Assembly (NCBI GenBank): GCA_020536535.1
Contig: JAHLWZ010000140.1
Location: 1-58,095, forward strand
DNA: 58,095 nt
Direction of reading: 5' to 3'
From: Pelomyxa schiedti
Lineage: Eukaryota > Protista > Evosea
A program made the position numbers and the translations under genes. Of the stretch, positions 38,901 through 50,386 are shown in pieces (the first letter of the stretch is position 1; each line of letters opens with the position of its first letter). The notes beneath the pieces were generated by a model, which searched no databases, was not told the origin of the DNA, and was given only the letters and a program-made list of their open reading frames with translations.

Positions 38901-41900
38901 CGGAGATTTTGGTTGCAGAGAATCATTTCCTTCGAAAATGGTGAGGTTCTCTGAGCTTTCCCCCATGTAATCTTGTTTAATATCACCACTCTTTGGAACT
39001 GCACGTAAGTCAACCGACCCAAGTTCATTGGTTACACATGTCTCTTCCTGCGAAGATGGGCTCTCCATGGGTTTGTTTTGCACTTGTACGTGAGTGTGTG
39101 GTAAATCTCCTTCTCCTTCACCTGTAGCAATTTCCATGGAACTCTGAGGCTGTGATTGAGATTGCTGGGGAAGTGTTGAAGAACTAGCAGCGGGTATAGC
39201 TTTCTCGATAAAGCTTATTATTTGTGGATGGGTTTGCCGCAGGTGTGGAATCTGGATAAGATTGTCAAAGTGATGAAACTGAGTATTAAGATGCTACCTG
39301 AAGTATACGAGAACAGTACTGTGGCCACTCATGAAGTCTAGGCATGAATTGCTCCAAGGCCCACAACCCAAAGTTGAACATTTTGCTACCAACTCGTTGA
39401 CGCAAAGCTTCGAGAACATACCTACACAGTGTTATCAATTTGAAGTGAGAGATGCTCGCAACTAACTAACCTCAAAGCAACCCCTAGATGGAGGAATGTA
39501 ACTACTTGGTGCTGTATGAGAGATCCTACAAGTACTCCAGTAATTTTCAGTTCCTTATCAGGGTACTTTGGGAAATGCTGGTACTCTGTGAATAGGTTGT
39601 TGATCATGCAATTGAAGATGTCATGTTCCCTGGTGGAAAGTTCAGTGCCAAAGGATGAAAACCATCAAACAAACTTGGAATTCTTCTTTGCTGAACTCAG
39701 TCTTTTCAGAATCGGAATCAGGTCCTCTATGGTTCTATTTTGAGTGTATATCTGGTAGAAGTACTCATTGGCTTGCTTTTCGATCTCTTCAGAAAAGAGT
39801 TTACTCGTTGGCGCAACACCAGGAACACCAGTGAGTGCTGATTCACTTGAATCGGGAGACCGAGAGCCTGTCGAAGCAGGGGTAAAAGAGGCTATATTTG
39901 TTGGCTGTGAGGTTGGTAGTTGTGCAGACGGATGCGTTGCGCTTGTATCGCTGTGCTGTCCGTTGTTATAAGCTTGCTCTTGAGAGGCATTTTTGAGAAT
40001 TTGATTCCGATCAGCAGGTGAGGTTGTACGTGGGATTCCTGATTGATGACCCTCTTGTGTTGGTGGCAAATGCTTGTCATGTGCAGTATCTTCAGAGGTT
40101 TCTAAATGGCCAAACATTGATGGAGTAAGGATTTCTGTCAGTGACCTGAGAAAAGCTTACTGTGGGGGGCTTTTGTGTGAGAACTGTCGCCAAGGGGTAA
40201 CTCTATTTGTTGTAAATCTTCAAGGTCACTTTCAGACAACTCAGAGAAACTGTTTCACAAGGTTAAAGAGAATGACGAATGATAAGGTATACATACTAAG
40301 GGGCTTCACGGATACATTTGACAAACATTCTCTGCGTGTCTGGTGTGAGTACAAAGTTATTGACCAACTTGGAGTTTTTGACAATGACTTTTTCCTTAAG
40401 ATAGGCAACACAAGCTGCAGCAAAATTCAGGCCATGTTGGGCTAATTGTTCCTTGGGGCAATGTTATTGTATTTTCTCCTTGATGAAGAGTAAAAACCTG
40501 CAACCACAATTCCAAGTTCAAAAATTCTCTCTGTGAAGCAAGTGTTGAAAGATCAAGGGCGAATGATATGGGTCGTGCTCCAAGTATAGTTGGAAGGACA
40601 GTGGGGGTTGTGTTGGCCTTTTTTTTATTTTAATAAAAGGAAATTCAGTCGGTGAGATCAACCTTTTGCTCTTGATGGGCAATGTCAAGGATATGGGAAA
40701 GTGTTGAATGATCTTTAATGTACATATCTCTAAGTGCTTGCACGACAACTTGGTTATTGGCAAGCCATATTGTGTGCAAGAGCTGTGCATTGGGATGGCC
40801 ACCGACAATTAATACAGCAAGGTGTGATAAGAGTTCCTTTCTAAGTGGGGAATCGACGTTCACCTGTAGAGTAATTACTACTTGTGCAGAAAGAAATCAT
40901 AGTTGGCTTTCCTTTACTTGTGCAAGACCTTTCAACAGGAGTTCAGGATTACTCTTCAGAGGGGTCTCAAATAAAGACCTGACAAGAGATTGGTTTTCTG
41001 TTTCTGCAAGGTGAAGTAAGGCCTCAATGAGTGATACAGACTGCCACAATGAATTTCCAGACTGCTGCACAGGAGGGAAGGGGTAAGAAAGGAAAGGTTT
41101 CAATTTAATGGAAGTATACTTTTTCACCACCCTGCTTTTTGGATGTCGAACTGAACAAATCAGCTCCAGCAGTAAGGGATACTTTTAACAAAGATAGCTG
41201 CCCTGCTTTGTTTGTCCAGTCTTCAAACAGATACCCAAGTGGGAAAGGCTCGCGGCAACACTTCTTATATGCGTTCACAATAACAGCAAGTGCCTTATGC
41301 TCCGCAACATAAAATCCTGGGTGATCCAAATTGCGTATAACTTGAGTCCAATTAAGTTTTGGGTACTGACAATGGTCAAATGAGCAAAGCTCACAAATAG
41401 GAAAAAGAAAATCACCATTTCTTTGACAGTGTCAGCAAATACTGTGAGATTCCACTGTGTTTGTTTCCCTTCATCCTGTGAAGTGCCAAAACTAAGCACA
41501 GCAGGGCTATCGTCTGATTGAGGAAGGCATATGTACCTTGGTTGTTGGTTAAAGGTTGTAGTGTAGTACTTTTAAATCTTTGGGGTTACACTGCTCACCT
41601 TGCCATGGCAGTAAGTATCAGTGCAAAGTCGCGTTCAACCAGAGGTTTTGGGAAGTGCTCCAAAATGGTCCGGAATGCTCGAACATTTGACATGCAAGGA
41701 AATCCAATCTCACGCACCAGCACAGATGGATGGACCGCAGCACTAAGGTCACATTCAGATTCCATTCCCCCACCATCTGTATCGTCTACTTCCTCCCCAA
41801 CATCACTGGTTGTTTCATGCTTCGCTTCCAAAAGGACTCTGGTGTCTGAGTTAACTCATAACGCACTTTAAGAGTGAAACAAAAGGTACACAAACCTTGA

Positions 41901-43154
41901 AGACTGCTCTGGAAGGAATGGGTATAAGAGAGAAAAGGGATGAGAACTTCCTCCCTGCTGACCAATCAGCACTGAGACCAGTTCACTATGGTGCTTTGAA
42001 AGAGTCTCATGTTGGTATGCGAATGATAACACTGCTTGAAGAACAGTTTCGGGTACTCCATGATTGTGGTTTCCATTTGTGCCGGAAAGGATATCATTCA
42101 GCCTTTCTTGCAAAAGCTTCGATCCTTAAGATAAATACAGCACCGTTAGAAAAGGTGCAGTTTTTCAGTTTGACCTGTATACCTTGTTGGGAGAGGGTTG
42201 AAGGACGCAGCTGGTAGAGAGCAACGGCAAGGGCCAGTTCACAGCCCAGTGGGAGCTTCAAGCTGCGAACGAACTCACACAGGACCTCTCCACTTTCTGC
42301 TGCTGAGGTGCCAGCAGTGTCGGTTGTGGATGTTGCCTCACACAATTTTGGCCAAACACTGACTTCAAACACGAGAAAAACGATGGTGGTGTAATTTGAG
42401 TAGGTATCCAACATTGACAACAAATCCCTGATGACAGTGAAGTCAATGCTAAACCAGAGCAAGATTGGAAATTACACCCCACTTACCGCAAAAGATGGAT
42501 TTTGTAATCCTTCTGGACTCTCTCCTTAAGGTCAATTTGATCAAATACAACACGCAGGGTGTGGACATAAGCATCACTCCCATACAGCTTGCACAACTGA
42601 GAGTATTTATTGGCACCACGTAAGTAAGTTAGACTATTTGCAATCTCGACTCCACAGTGTGGTTTGTGGTTGGATTCGTTGCGCTTAGGCTTAATTTCAT
42701 TGTACAAATTAGCGAGATTGTAACATACACAGGTGAGCTCAGACAAGTTCTGTTTAAAATTGCTCTTCTTGGTTCCACTGACCAGATAATTCACAGTGCT
42801 GCCCACAACGACCCCAATCGATGATCTCGACGCCAATGGCGACGCGGCAGCAGAAGAAGAATTCGAAGACGATCCCACACAACTCAACAGTGACGAAGAC
42901 GACGACGAAGAAGGAGACGAAGACAACGGCGACGAGCCCCCGCTTCCTCCCCCACCACCGCCGCCAAAATTAGCGCCGCTTGTGGCCGAACTGGAAACGG
43001 CCACAGACGACGACGAAGAAGACGGTGACGCCGACGAGGATGAAGTCGACGAGATCTGGGGCGTAGATGAAGGCGAAGGCGAAGATGACGGCGGCGCCGG
43101 CGACGTAGATGGCGAGTAGTTGTTGGGCCCAACTCCGCGGCCCGGTTTTTTCAT
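32971..43154 (-). CDS. CNOT1: CCR4-NOT transcription complex subunit 1, spliced
   Basis: N-terminal [13 protein letters not shown]...[18 protein letters not shown], then [95 protein letters not shown] and [18 protein letters not shown]. Confidence 0.97.
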
Positions 43155-43577
43155 TGTCGTGTGTTGTTGCTTGCTAGCCGACTACACTAACACACGGTAC
43201 GACGTCGTTTGTTGGCCAAGATGCTTTTTTTTTCCTCTTTTTCTTTGGTTGCGTGCAATTGGTTTTAGATTAACGAATTTCTAATCGGCTTTCTAAGTCC
43301 TTTTGAGAACCACAAGTTGGGTGTGCCAGCTCACCTCACTCGTTCACAGCTTTATCACGGGCTGAGTCTCTGCTTTCAAAATCGATCACTAATGTATTTA
43401 ATTGCTTATTACCCTTTGTGGTGCAGGGGATCACACCCTTGCTCGAAAAAAATAATGATCTTTCATGCCCTCGATGTTGCACCGGGATTGGTTGTGGAAG
43501 AAAGTTTCTGTGGAGTTGGGCAAGCCCAGCAGGAGCTGAAACAGGAGAATTGTCTCAGAAGTGAGGTGATGTCTGGA

Positions 43578-44876
43578 CTATAACAAAGGGGATACACGCA
43601 ATTGTACAAAACCCATTGCATATATCTCTTCAAACTGCAAGATTGAGGACCCAGTCATGAGGTCAATGACTTCTATCGAATCTCCTCCTTCTGCTCCTCC
43701 CTGAGGTTGTCGTCTGGTCGCAACCAAACCATCCACCAGGCTCAGACCCGCAAATCTGCACCTCAGGCTCATCGTGGCATTCATCGTCGCCTCTGACGAA
43801 GCCAACGAGTTCCACGAGTCGACGTGGTGGACCGTTAGCAGATTGGCGTCGTCCGCGCCCCAGAACAGGCCGAAGTGGCGCGGATCTGCCGCGTAAACCT
43901 TAACAGATCCAGTTGGGAGCCTGGAGAGTTGGCCAGTGGAAGTGTTGAGCAGCCCGTCTTGTTCAATTGCGACGATCTGCTGGTTCATGCTGCCGAGCAG
44001 AACCCCGGTCGTGTGAGGGTGGTTCAGGGTCTCGTACATTGGCGGTGAGGCCTCGCTGATGACGGCCAGTGTCCCGTTTCGGAAGCTGTTCTCGAGGTCG
44101 ATCTGGAATACCTTGATTCCGGCGGAATGGCCGTTTTCCGCGGTGCGGGCCAAGACCACAGTGAGCTCGTCCCCGGGTTCCACTCGCGAGTTACCTCGTG
44201 TGTGGAAGTTTGTGAACTCCAGGAATTGTGGGATCGGGTACGCCTGGTCACTGGCGAAAACCCTGCACACACCGGCGGCCCCGCGGCCCCACTGCATCCT
44301 CCACACGAAAATTCGGCCCAAGGACGTGATTCCAGCCACCCACTTGCCGCTCCCCTTTCCCCACGCCAGGCCCCCAATCCTGTCCCACTCGCCCTCGTCC
44401 ACTGGCATCTCCCGCTCTCCCTCCCGCCCCTCGCTGGGCTCCCGTCCCGGGGGAGTCCCCCCCGTGCCGCCCTGCACCACGTGGAAGGAGCCGCACCCCC
44501 TGCCGCCGTCCTGGCCCACGCGCACAAAGTGGGAGCCGTCGATCCAGTCGACGAGGAAGCCGGTGCCCTCGGAGGCCAGGAACGGGGGCACCGTCACGCC
44601 CAGGGTGGGCGACACCCCGAAGCACACGAAGCCCCAGCGCACGTCGCCCCAGTCCTCGCCCCGCTCCAGCATCGCCGAGACCATCCTCTCGGTCCTGAGC
44701 ACCCACCCTCGCACGATGCGCCGCGCCGCGTCCCGCGTCAGCCGCGGCGCCTCCTCCTCCTCCCCCTCCTCCGCCACGCCGCCGCGTCTGCTGCAGCAGC
44801 ATAGAGCGAGAAGGAGGGCCACGGCCTGGTCCTTGGCTTCGAGGCTCCGACGAACCCCAACGGCTTGGTCGGTCAT
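43578..44876 (-). CDS. Intronless GC-rich hypothetical protein (about 430 aa), predicted beta-rich/propeller-like, probably a lineage-expanded family
   Basis: Open frame from ATG 44876 (MTDQAVG...RIVRGWVLR) to stop 43578, with repeated short hydrophobic strand/turn patterns. No confident domain assignment. Confidence 0.7.
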   Translation of the reverse strand: MTDQAVGVRRSLEAKDQAVALLLALCCCSRRGGVAEEGEEEEAPRLTRDAARRIVRGWVLRTERMVSAMLERGEDWGDVRWGFVCFGVSPTLGVTVPPFLASEGTGFLVDWIDGSHFVRVGQDGGRGCGSFHVVQGGTGGTPPGREPSEGREGEREMPVDEGEWDRIGGLAWGKGSGKWVAGITSLGRIFVWRMQWGRGAAGVCRVFASDQAYPIPQFLEFTNFHTRGNSRVEPGDELTVVLARTAENGHSAGIKVFQIDLENSFRNGTLAVISEASPPMYETLNHPHTTGVLLGSMNQQIVAIEQDGLLNTSTGQLSRLPTGSVKVYAADPRHFGLFWGADDANLLTVHHVDSWNSLASSEATMNATMSLRCRFAGLSLVDGLVATRRQPQGGAEGGDSIEVIDLMTGSSILQFEEIYAMGFVQLRVSPLL

Positions 44877-45599
44877 GGCTTTTTCGCTGTGCACTGATCG
44901 ACTGATCTTTCGATCCACATTATTTTTTTTCCGCACCAGATTAGGATTTTTGTAAGAGAACTGATAAGGTATTCTCTTAATTGCCGTTATCGTATGTGTT
45001 GTGCTTGGGGTACGGTTTGTGGCCTCGACTGTAGTTGGGACTCCACATTTTATTGCCAGTTTTGGGTTTTCTAGCCAACAATAGCCCTTTTTCATGCAGT
45101 AATGCACCAGGAAGTGGGATTTCAATCCTATGCCAAGTGAGAGGCAAGAACAAGACTCATTATAGTTTACTTGTGAAGGGTGGCTCAAACTTGGACAGAA
45201 CTACGCTCTACAGTAAAAAAGCAACTCGCGTTTGTCCGCTTAGCATGCAGAACATCAATACTCCGCCAGAGAACAACTTGTACTTGAAACATCTGTGGTT
45301 TTTCCCTTCTGTGGCTGGTTTTTTTTGTTTTGGGGGTTTGATAATTATTATCACAACAAACTGTAAACTATAATCTTGAAATAGGTAGGAGTTGCAGAGA
45401 CCAAACAGTCTCCACCCATAGCTCACTGATGATTGATTACAACAATGTGACCCCTCAAAACAAGGGATAACAACAAAAATAGTAACAGCACCACAGAAGA
45501 AAAGGTGTTAGAGATTAGAAGAGTAGGTGTGTTGAATGGAGGAATGGAATCACTGCAGCACCGGTTACAGTCGAGAGTGGTCATCTCTCGTTGGCAGGC

Positions 45600-46630
45600 A
45601 AATAAACACAAAACGGAACTATATCCTGAAACGAAACAAACTTGTGAACAGGAGAATAAACGGGGAGATTAACCAACCCCAACAACGAACTTTAAACAGC
45701 AGGAATGTTTACACACTCCCAACGAACAACTGCACAGCCTTATAAATAATACAGGATTTGAAACACGATTGAACGTATTATCTCACCACGAACTGTATGA
45801 ACAAACTAAGTGAACTCAACTGTATTAAACAACGAACTGTGTGGTGAATAACAAACAGGTGAACTGTATTATTTTAACTTGGTGAACAAGAAACTATGTG
45901 AACTGTATGGTGTGAACAACAGACAGGTGAACAGTATTACCACTGTCACCTGGAGAACGAACTGTAATAAACGGGGAAATTTTAATTAATAACCCCAACG
46001 GTGAACTATAAACTGTAAACAGAACTAACTAAACGAGAAACTGTAAAACAGACAGGAGAACTAACTATAAACTGTAAACGGTGAACTGTAAACTTTAAAC
46101 TGTAAACTTTAAACTGTAAACTATAACTATAAACTCTAAACTGTAAACTATAAACTGTAGGAAAACGGAAAACTGTAAACTGTAAACTATAAACTGTGAA
46201 CTATAAACTGTAAACTATAAACTGCAAACTGTAGGAAAACGGAAAACTGTAAACTTTAAACTGTAATGTATTATGAACTTTAACCTGGAGAACGAACTGT
46301 GGGAATAAACGGGAAAACAACTGAATAATGGTGAACTCTATAAACTGTAAACGGTGAACTGTGAACTATAAACTGTAAACTGTAAACTGTAAACTGTAAA
46401 CTGTAAACTGTAAACTGTAAACTGTAAACTATAAACTGTAACGGTGAACTGTAAACGTAAACAGACGAGAACTAACTAAACTATAAACTTGAAAACAGAC
46501 AGGAGAACTAACTATAGTGAGTTCTCGTCTGTTTATAGTTTACAGTTTAAACTATAAACTTTAAACAGATAGGAGAACTAACTGTAAACTTTAAACGGTG
46601 AAATTTTTATTAACAACCCCAACGAACTGT
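45600..46630. repeat. Complex satellite built on heptamer AACTGTA/AACTATA/AACTTTA with higher-order modules
   Basis: Ten consecutive heptamers at 46371-46440 (8 perfect, 1 variant, 1 perfect). Recurrent modules GGAGAACGAACTGT..AATAAACGGG, AACAGACAGGAGAACTAACT and AACTGTAGGAAAACGGAAAACTGT. Strongly A-rich on the + strand. Confidence 0.92.
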
Positions 46631-46706
46631 ATAAGGGTAACGGAGCATGTTCATAGCGTGATATGATAATACCAACCAACTATAAAACCAAAAAAAATTT
46701 AAAACA

Positions 46707-47450
46707 CTAGCTATTATTGATATTAAAAAAATAACCCAAAACACACAAAACGCAGCGCGGGCGGATCCGAGCCACGAGCATAAAACATGTGATTTCGCCT
46801 TCGCCGTCGCCTTCGCCGTCGACTTCGCCGTCGCCTCGCCGAGCAGTCTACGCAGTCGTTGACGTAACCAGTGCCCGCATCCGAGCCAGCGTCGTCCTCG
46901 CAGCCTCTTCTGGCCTGTCCCTCCCACTGTCGGTCATGCTTGCAGATTTGAGTTTTTTTATGGTTGGTTGTTGGTTCTGAGTTTAAATAACACGGAAAAT
47001 TGTTTACCCGGCGCAACTGCACATTTCTAGTAGAATGCTCGATTAGGAAGGCCCTATCGGTCGGGCCATGGATCTGCCTCTGGGTCGCACAGAAGCAGCA
47101 GTCGAACAGCTTCAAGCGGTCTAACCGTATACCATTACCGTTCCAAACCATTGGGGGCCCAACAACTTGGCAGGAGTCCTGTTCTGCGAAGAGCAAATGA
47201 TCGTGCTTTGAAAGCCCACAAAAGTTTTCTTTATTGTCGTGGTTGTTGTGCTATTGCCACGGATACACACACACAGAACACAGTGTTCACTTGGTGGAAT
47301 GTTGTGGTTTTGGCTGGTGTGGCGGGGACTGGGGCCTTGCTGGCCGGCCGAATTGTGGGACTTGAGGTTTGATATAACTGTGTGACAGTTATGTAACCCA
47401 CCCAATAACCCAGGGCCTCCAATTTGCAGTATTTTTTTTTTTTTTTGATT
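46707..47450 (-). pseudogene. Degenerate coding fragments abutting the satellite
   Basis: Intron-like GT-AG segments and protein-like frames that do not join without stops. Includes an MTD...TAG...RRGDGEVDGE frame starting at 46937. Confidence 0.3.
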
Positions 47451-48016
47451 TGCACAAAAGCACTACACTACATGATGAAGAGGTAAGCAATTACTTGCAT
47501 TGCACAGAAGTCTCATTGCGAGATTGTCATTTGGACAATTTCCCGCGAATATGGTGATGTGCAACATGCCTTTTGGTGCGGTGGCTCTTTATTCTCCCCT
47601 GAATGAAAAGTGAATTCCTCCTTTTACCGAGGTTGATTGTGATGCATAGCAATTATTGATGCTACTACCCTCTTTCTGTTCGGTACTCTCTCATCTCCTT
47701 GATAGATTCTTTTCTATGTACTATACAGAATCTGCCCAGGTAATCTGAGATGTACGATGGTGAGTTTCAGAATAGGATCCTGCTAAACCTAACACCAAAC
47801 TGGCATACCCAAGATTTCCTGTACAGAAGTTGGAAGAGCTCTACGGCTCGTGAGACAACAGAGGATGACAAACTGTTCTGTGGTTTCTCCCATAAAACTT
47901 TACAGGGCAGAGAGACTTCTGGTCTTCTCCGCACACCAAGTTAATGGAAGTCAATAATCAATAATATCGAACCCATAATCGCGGTACTGGGAAGATTTCT
48001 GTTTGGAAAAGCAGTC

Positions 48017-48262
48017 GAAGGAGGGGGACCGTCGGGCACATAGGGAAGGGGGAAGTGAAGGAACGTGTGGCGGGGAGCCGGGGGCATGTGAACCCCTCAC
48101 CGTGGCGACATCTCTCACTCTCGTACCCCTCTGGATCAACCCCCCCAACCTCCCTGTGCCCTTCGGTTAGTTAGCTTAGGTCACGGATTCTGGCTCATTT
48201 CGGACAAGGCAAAACGAAGTTTCCTATGGGGTCTCCACATGGGTGGGGGTCCCAGTTCCTTT
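48017..48262. ncRNA. Candidate structured non-coding RNA, family unassigned
   Basis: Nested complementarity seen by eye: ACCG/CGGT, GGGCACA/TGTGCCC, G-runs against C-runs (48028-48167), plus an outer stem AAGGAG..GGGACC / GGTCCC..TCCTT. GC-rich island in an AT-rich intergenic region. A TTTT run follows on the minus strand. Confidence 0.35.
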
Positions 48263-48403
48263 AGCTCTTTTTTTGTTTGTTTTGAATGGTTGTGAATGTA
48301 AACACAAAAACGGTTCTCTGAGTTGTGGACTGCAAGAGTTTTGGGTTGAATTATGTTCATCACAAGTTGGAGTGGTTTTCCACCAGTTTGAAGGAAGCTC
48401 GAT

Positions 48404-50070
48404 TCAATGGTTGTGGTAGAGTTGAAACAAGGGAAGCTTCTGCAGGTCCTTTACGACGGAGGACATTGTGAGCCTCTGCAAAAGGGGAGTGAGTGTAAAG
48501 CTGAACCCTTTCAACTCACATACCTCGTTTTTATTCTCCAGCAGTCCATTATGGCTTGTACCTGCATATGTCCATTAGTATTTAGGAGGTACATCACTCA
48601 CCAAAGCACTTTCGGGATTCCCAAGAATTACTCTGGGGAATTCGGGGCGCTGTAAATGCATCAGTGCAGTCCAATGTGCCCTGACTGAAGGGTGCCAGCT
48701 CATCAAAAATTTTTTGGTTAGTATCTCCCAGGCCACAAAAGCAAAACCAAAGCTGTTTTTTGAGTTTGAAATGATTGAAACATATATGAGAAAAGGGTGT
48801 CATGTTTGGGATATGAAGAATGATCATACGTATCAGAGGCGAAGCTTGTCTCACTAATAGGATACTCCAGGAGCCCCAACCCCTCCGATTCTGAGTCTAC
48901 TGTGGATTTGGATCCAGTAGAACATGAATGTACAGCTCGGAAATTTGATGGTATCAACTCAGGAGCCAGGACAATATCTGTCCAAGGAGTGAAATGCCGT
49001 GAGGCATAATAATCAAACCACGAGTGCATACATGTACCCGGGATCTTACCTTCTTCTTTATTCCATTCTTTGTTATCTGTGATGAGAAAATTAGCTGTTT
49101 TGATATCTCTGTAAGGTGCATAACAGTCATTGCGTCGGGTTTCAAAACAAAAAAATGGGAAAGCTTAAAATAAATGACATAACTTATTAAAATAAGCTTA
49201 AATAAAATAGATGGCACTCAGGCAACCTGTGCAAAATACCGGTACTGTGGAGCCACTGGAGGCACGATGCCTGGGAGTTGGTTAGCCAGAATTAGGGAAG
49301 GCATACCAATAGCAGATACCACCATGTGTAGCCCTCCTATTGTTTTCTCAGTTTGGAAATAAAGGGTAACAATAGACAAGAACACACAACACACCGCAAC
49401 ATTTGGACTTCTTTTTCCATTGCTTTATCTAGATCTGGGAGGTTATACAAGTATTTGAATGCAGCTGGGAGGCTCCTAAACTCTTCTATTTGGCAGGATT
49501 GAAGGCAAAGTCGGTAGAAGTAGGGAAACGAGTCAAATACAAACGAAATGTGAAAGAGATAAAATCATCCACACATGCCCACACACTGCCATAAGTCCCC
49601 CTCCCAATGACTTTTACCCTTGTAAGCTCCGCTGCCTCCACATCCTCAATGCCCTCACTTCCATACTTCCTTCTTCCTTGAGCTGTTCCAGCAACTGTGC
49701 CAGTTGTTGCCGCTCCTTGTTCTGATATCTGGGGGCCAACACTTGTTACAAACTCAAAGGAGGTGAAGAGGTTGTTTGGTGTCTCACTGACCTGTTTTTC
49801 ATGGTCGTTGTGAGTTCGTTGTGAGGCACTAACACCGATCCTGCGCATATTCAGATCCGTAAGGAGTGCTTCAGCAATTTTCGCTTCTATGGCGGATTTA
49901 AAGATTGCATCGCTAAGTGGGAGTGTGGAAGAATATCGATTTCTCTGAGGGAAAAATGGGTAGGTGTTTCTTGTTGTGGGTGACATACGGTTCACTGACT
50001 TTAGCTTTGTCGACAATATAAGCCTTGACCTCTTTGCTTCTTCTTCTTCTGGGATATTAGAAACGAACAT
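48404..50070 (-). pseudogene. Degenerate TKL-type protein kinase (pseudogene or pseudokinase)
   Basis: VIGRGTYGSVW (Gly loop), AAFK..EKEVQML, RDIKTANFLI, LAPE and MDCW..RLTMSSVVKDL occur in order across introns. No DFG is visible and subdomains IV-VIa do not splice cleanly. Confidence 0.55.
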
Positions 50071-50386
50071 TTAAGCTGATTTGGAACATCACAAGGGATA
50101 CCCTGACAGATTGATGCAGGGAAACCCAGGTCTCATCAAGAAATTACCAATTCATATAAGACATTGACACATCTCAGAGCATGGACAATGTACTCAAAGA
50201 GTTTTCTGCCCAGAATATAAAAGATTGGATGCTTCAGCTGCATTTTTGCATTTTTCCTAGCAAACCATGTCAACAAATTTTCACTTGAGGTAAATATTAG
50301 AAAGTAAGAATGAGGACGCCAAAGGAGAGTCATTTTCTGCAACTATCCAATATTTTTTTTGCCAACAAACTGTATACTTTCTCATC

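Noticed and set aside
42796-43119. Asp/Glu-rich plus-strand ORF
   Set aside because: Antisense shadow of the Ser-rich CNOT1 N-terminus.
17511-43154. Alternative genetic code or stop readthrough to explain the fragmented ORFs
   Set aside because: Breaks examined in dynein and CNOT1 are resolved by ordinary short GT-AG introns.
44024-44955. Several long overlapping ORFs on both strands (up to 298 aa)
   Set aside because: Expected from high GC content and antisense reading of the 43578-44876 gene; no motifs.
45600-46630. CRISPR-like array
   Set aside because: No constant repeat with unique spacers, no cas genes, eukaryotic context.
47568-47576. GCCTTTTGG matching U2 snRNA stem I
   Set aside because: Flanks lack the rest of U2 (GTGTAGTA branch-pairing region, Sm site).
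50049-50101. Second U12-like donor GTATCCCTT (minus strand)
   Set aside because: Imperfect donor, U2-type CTAAT branch, and the upstream exon frame is not resolvable.
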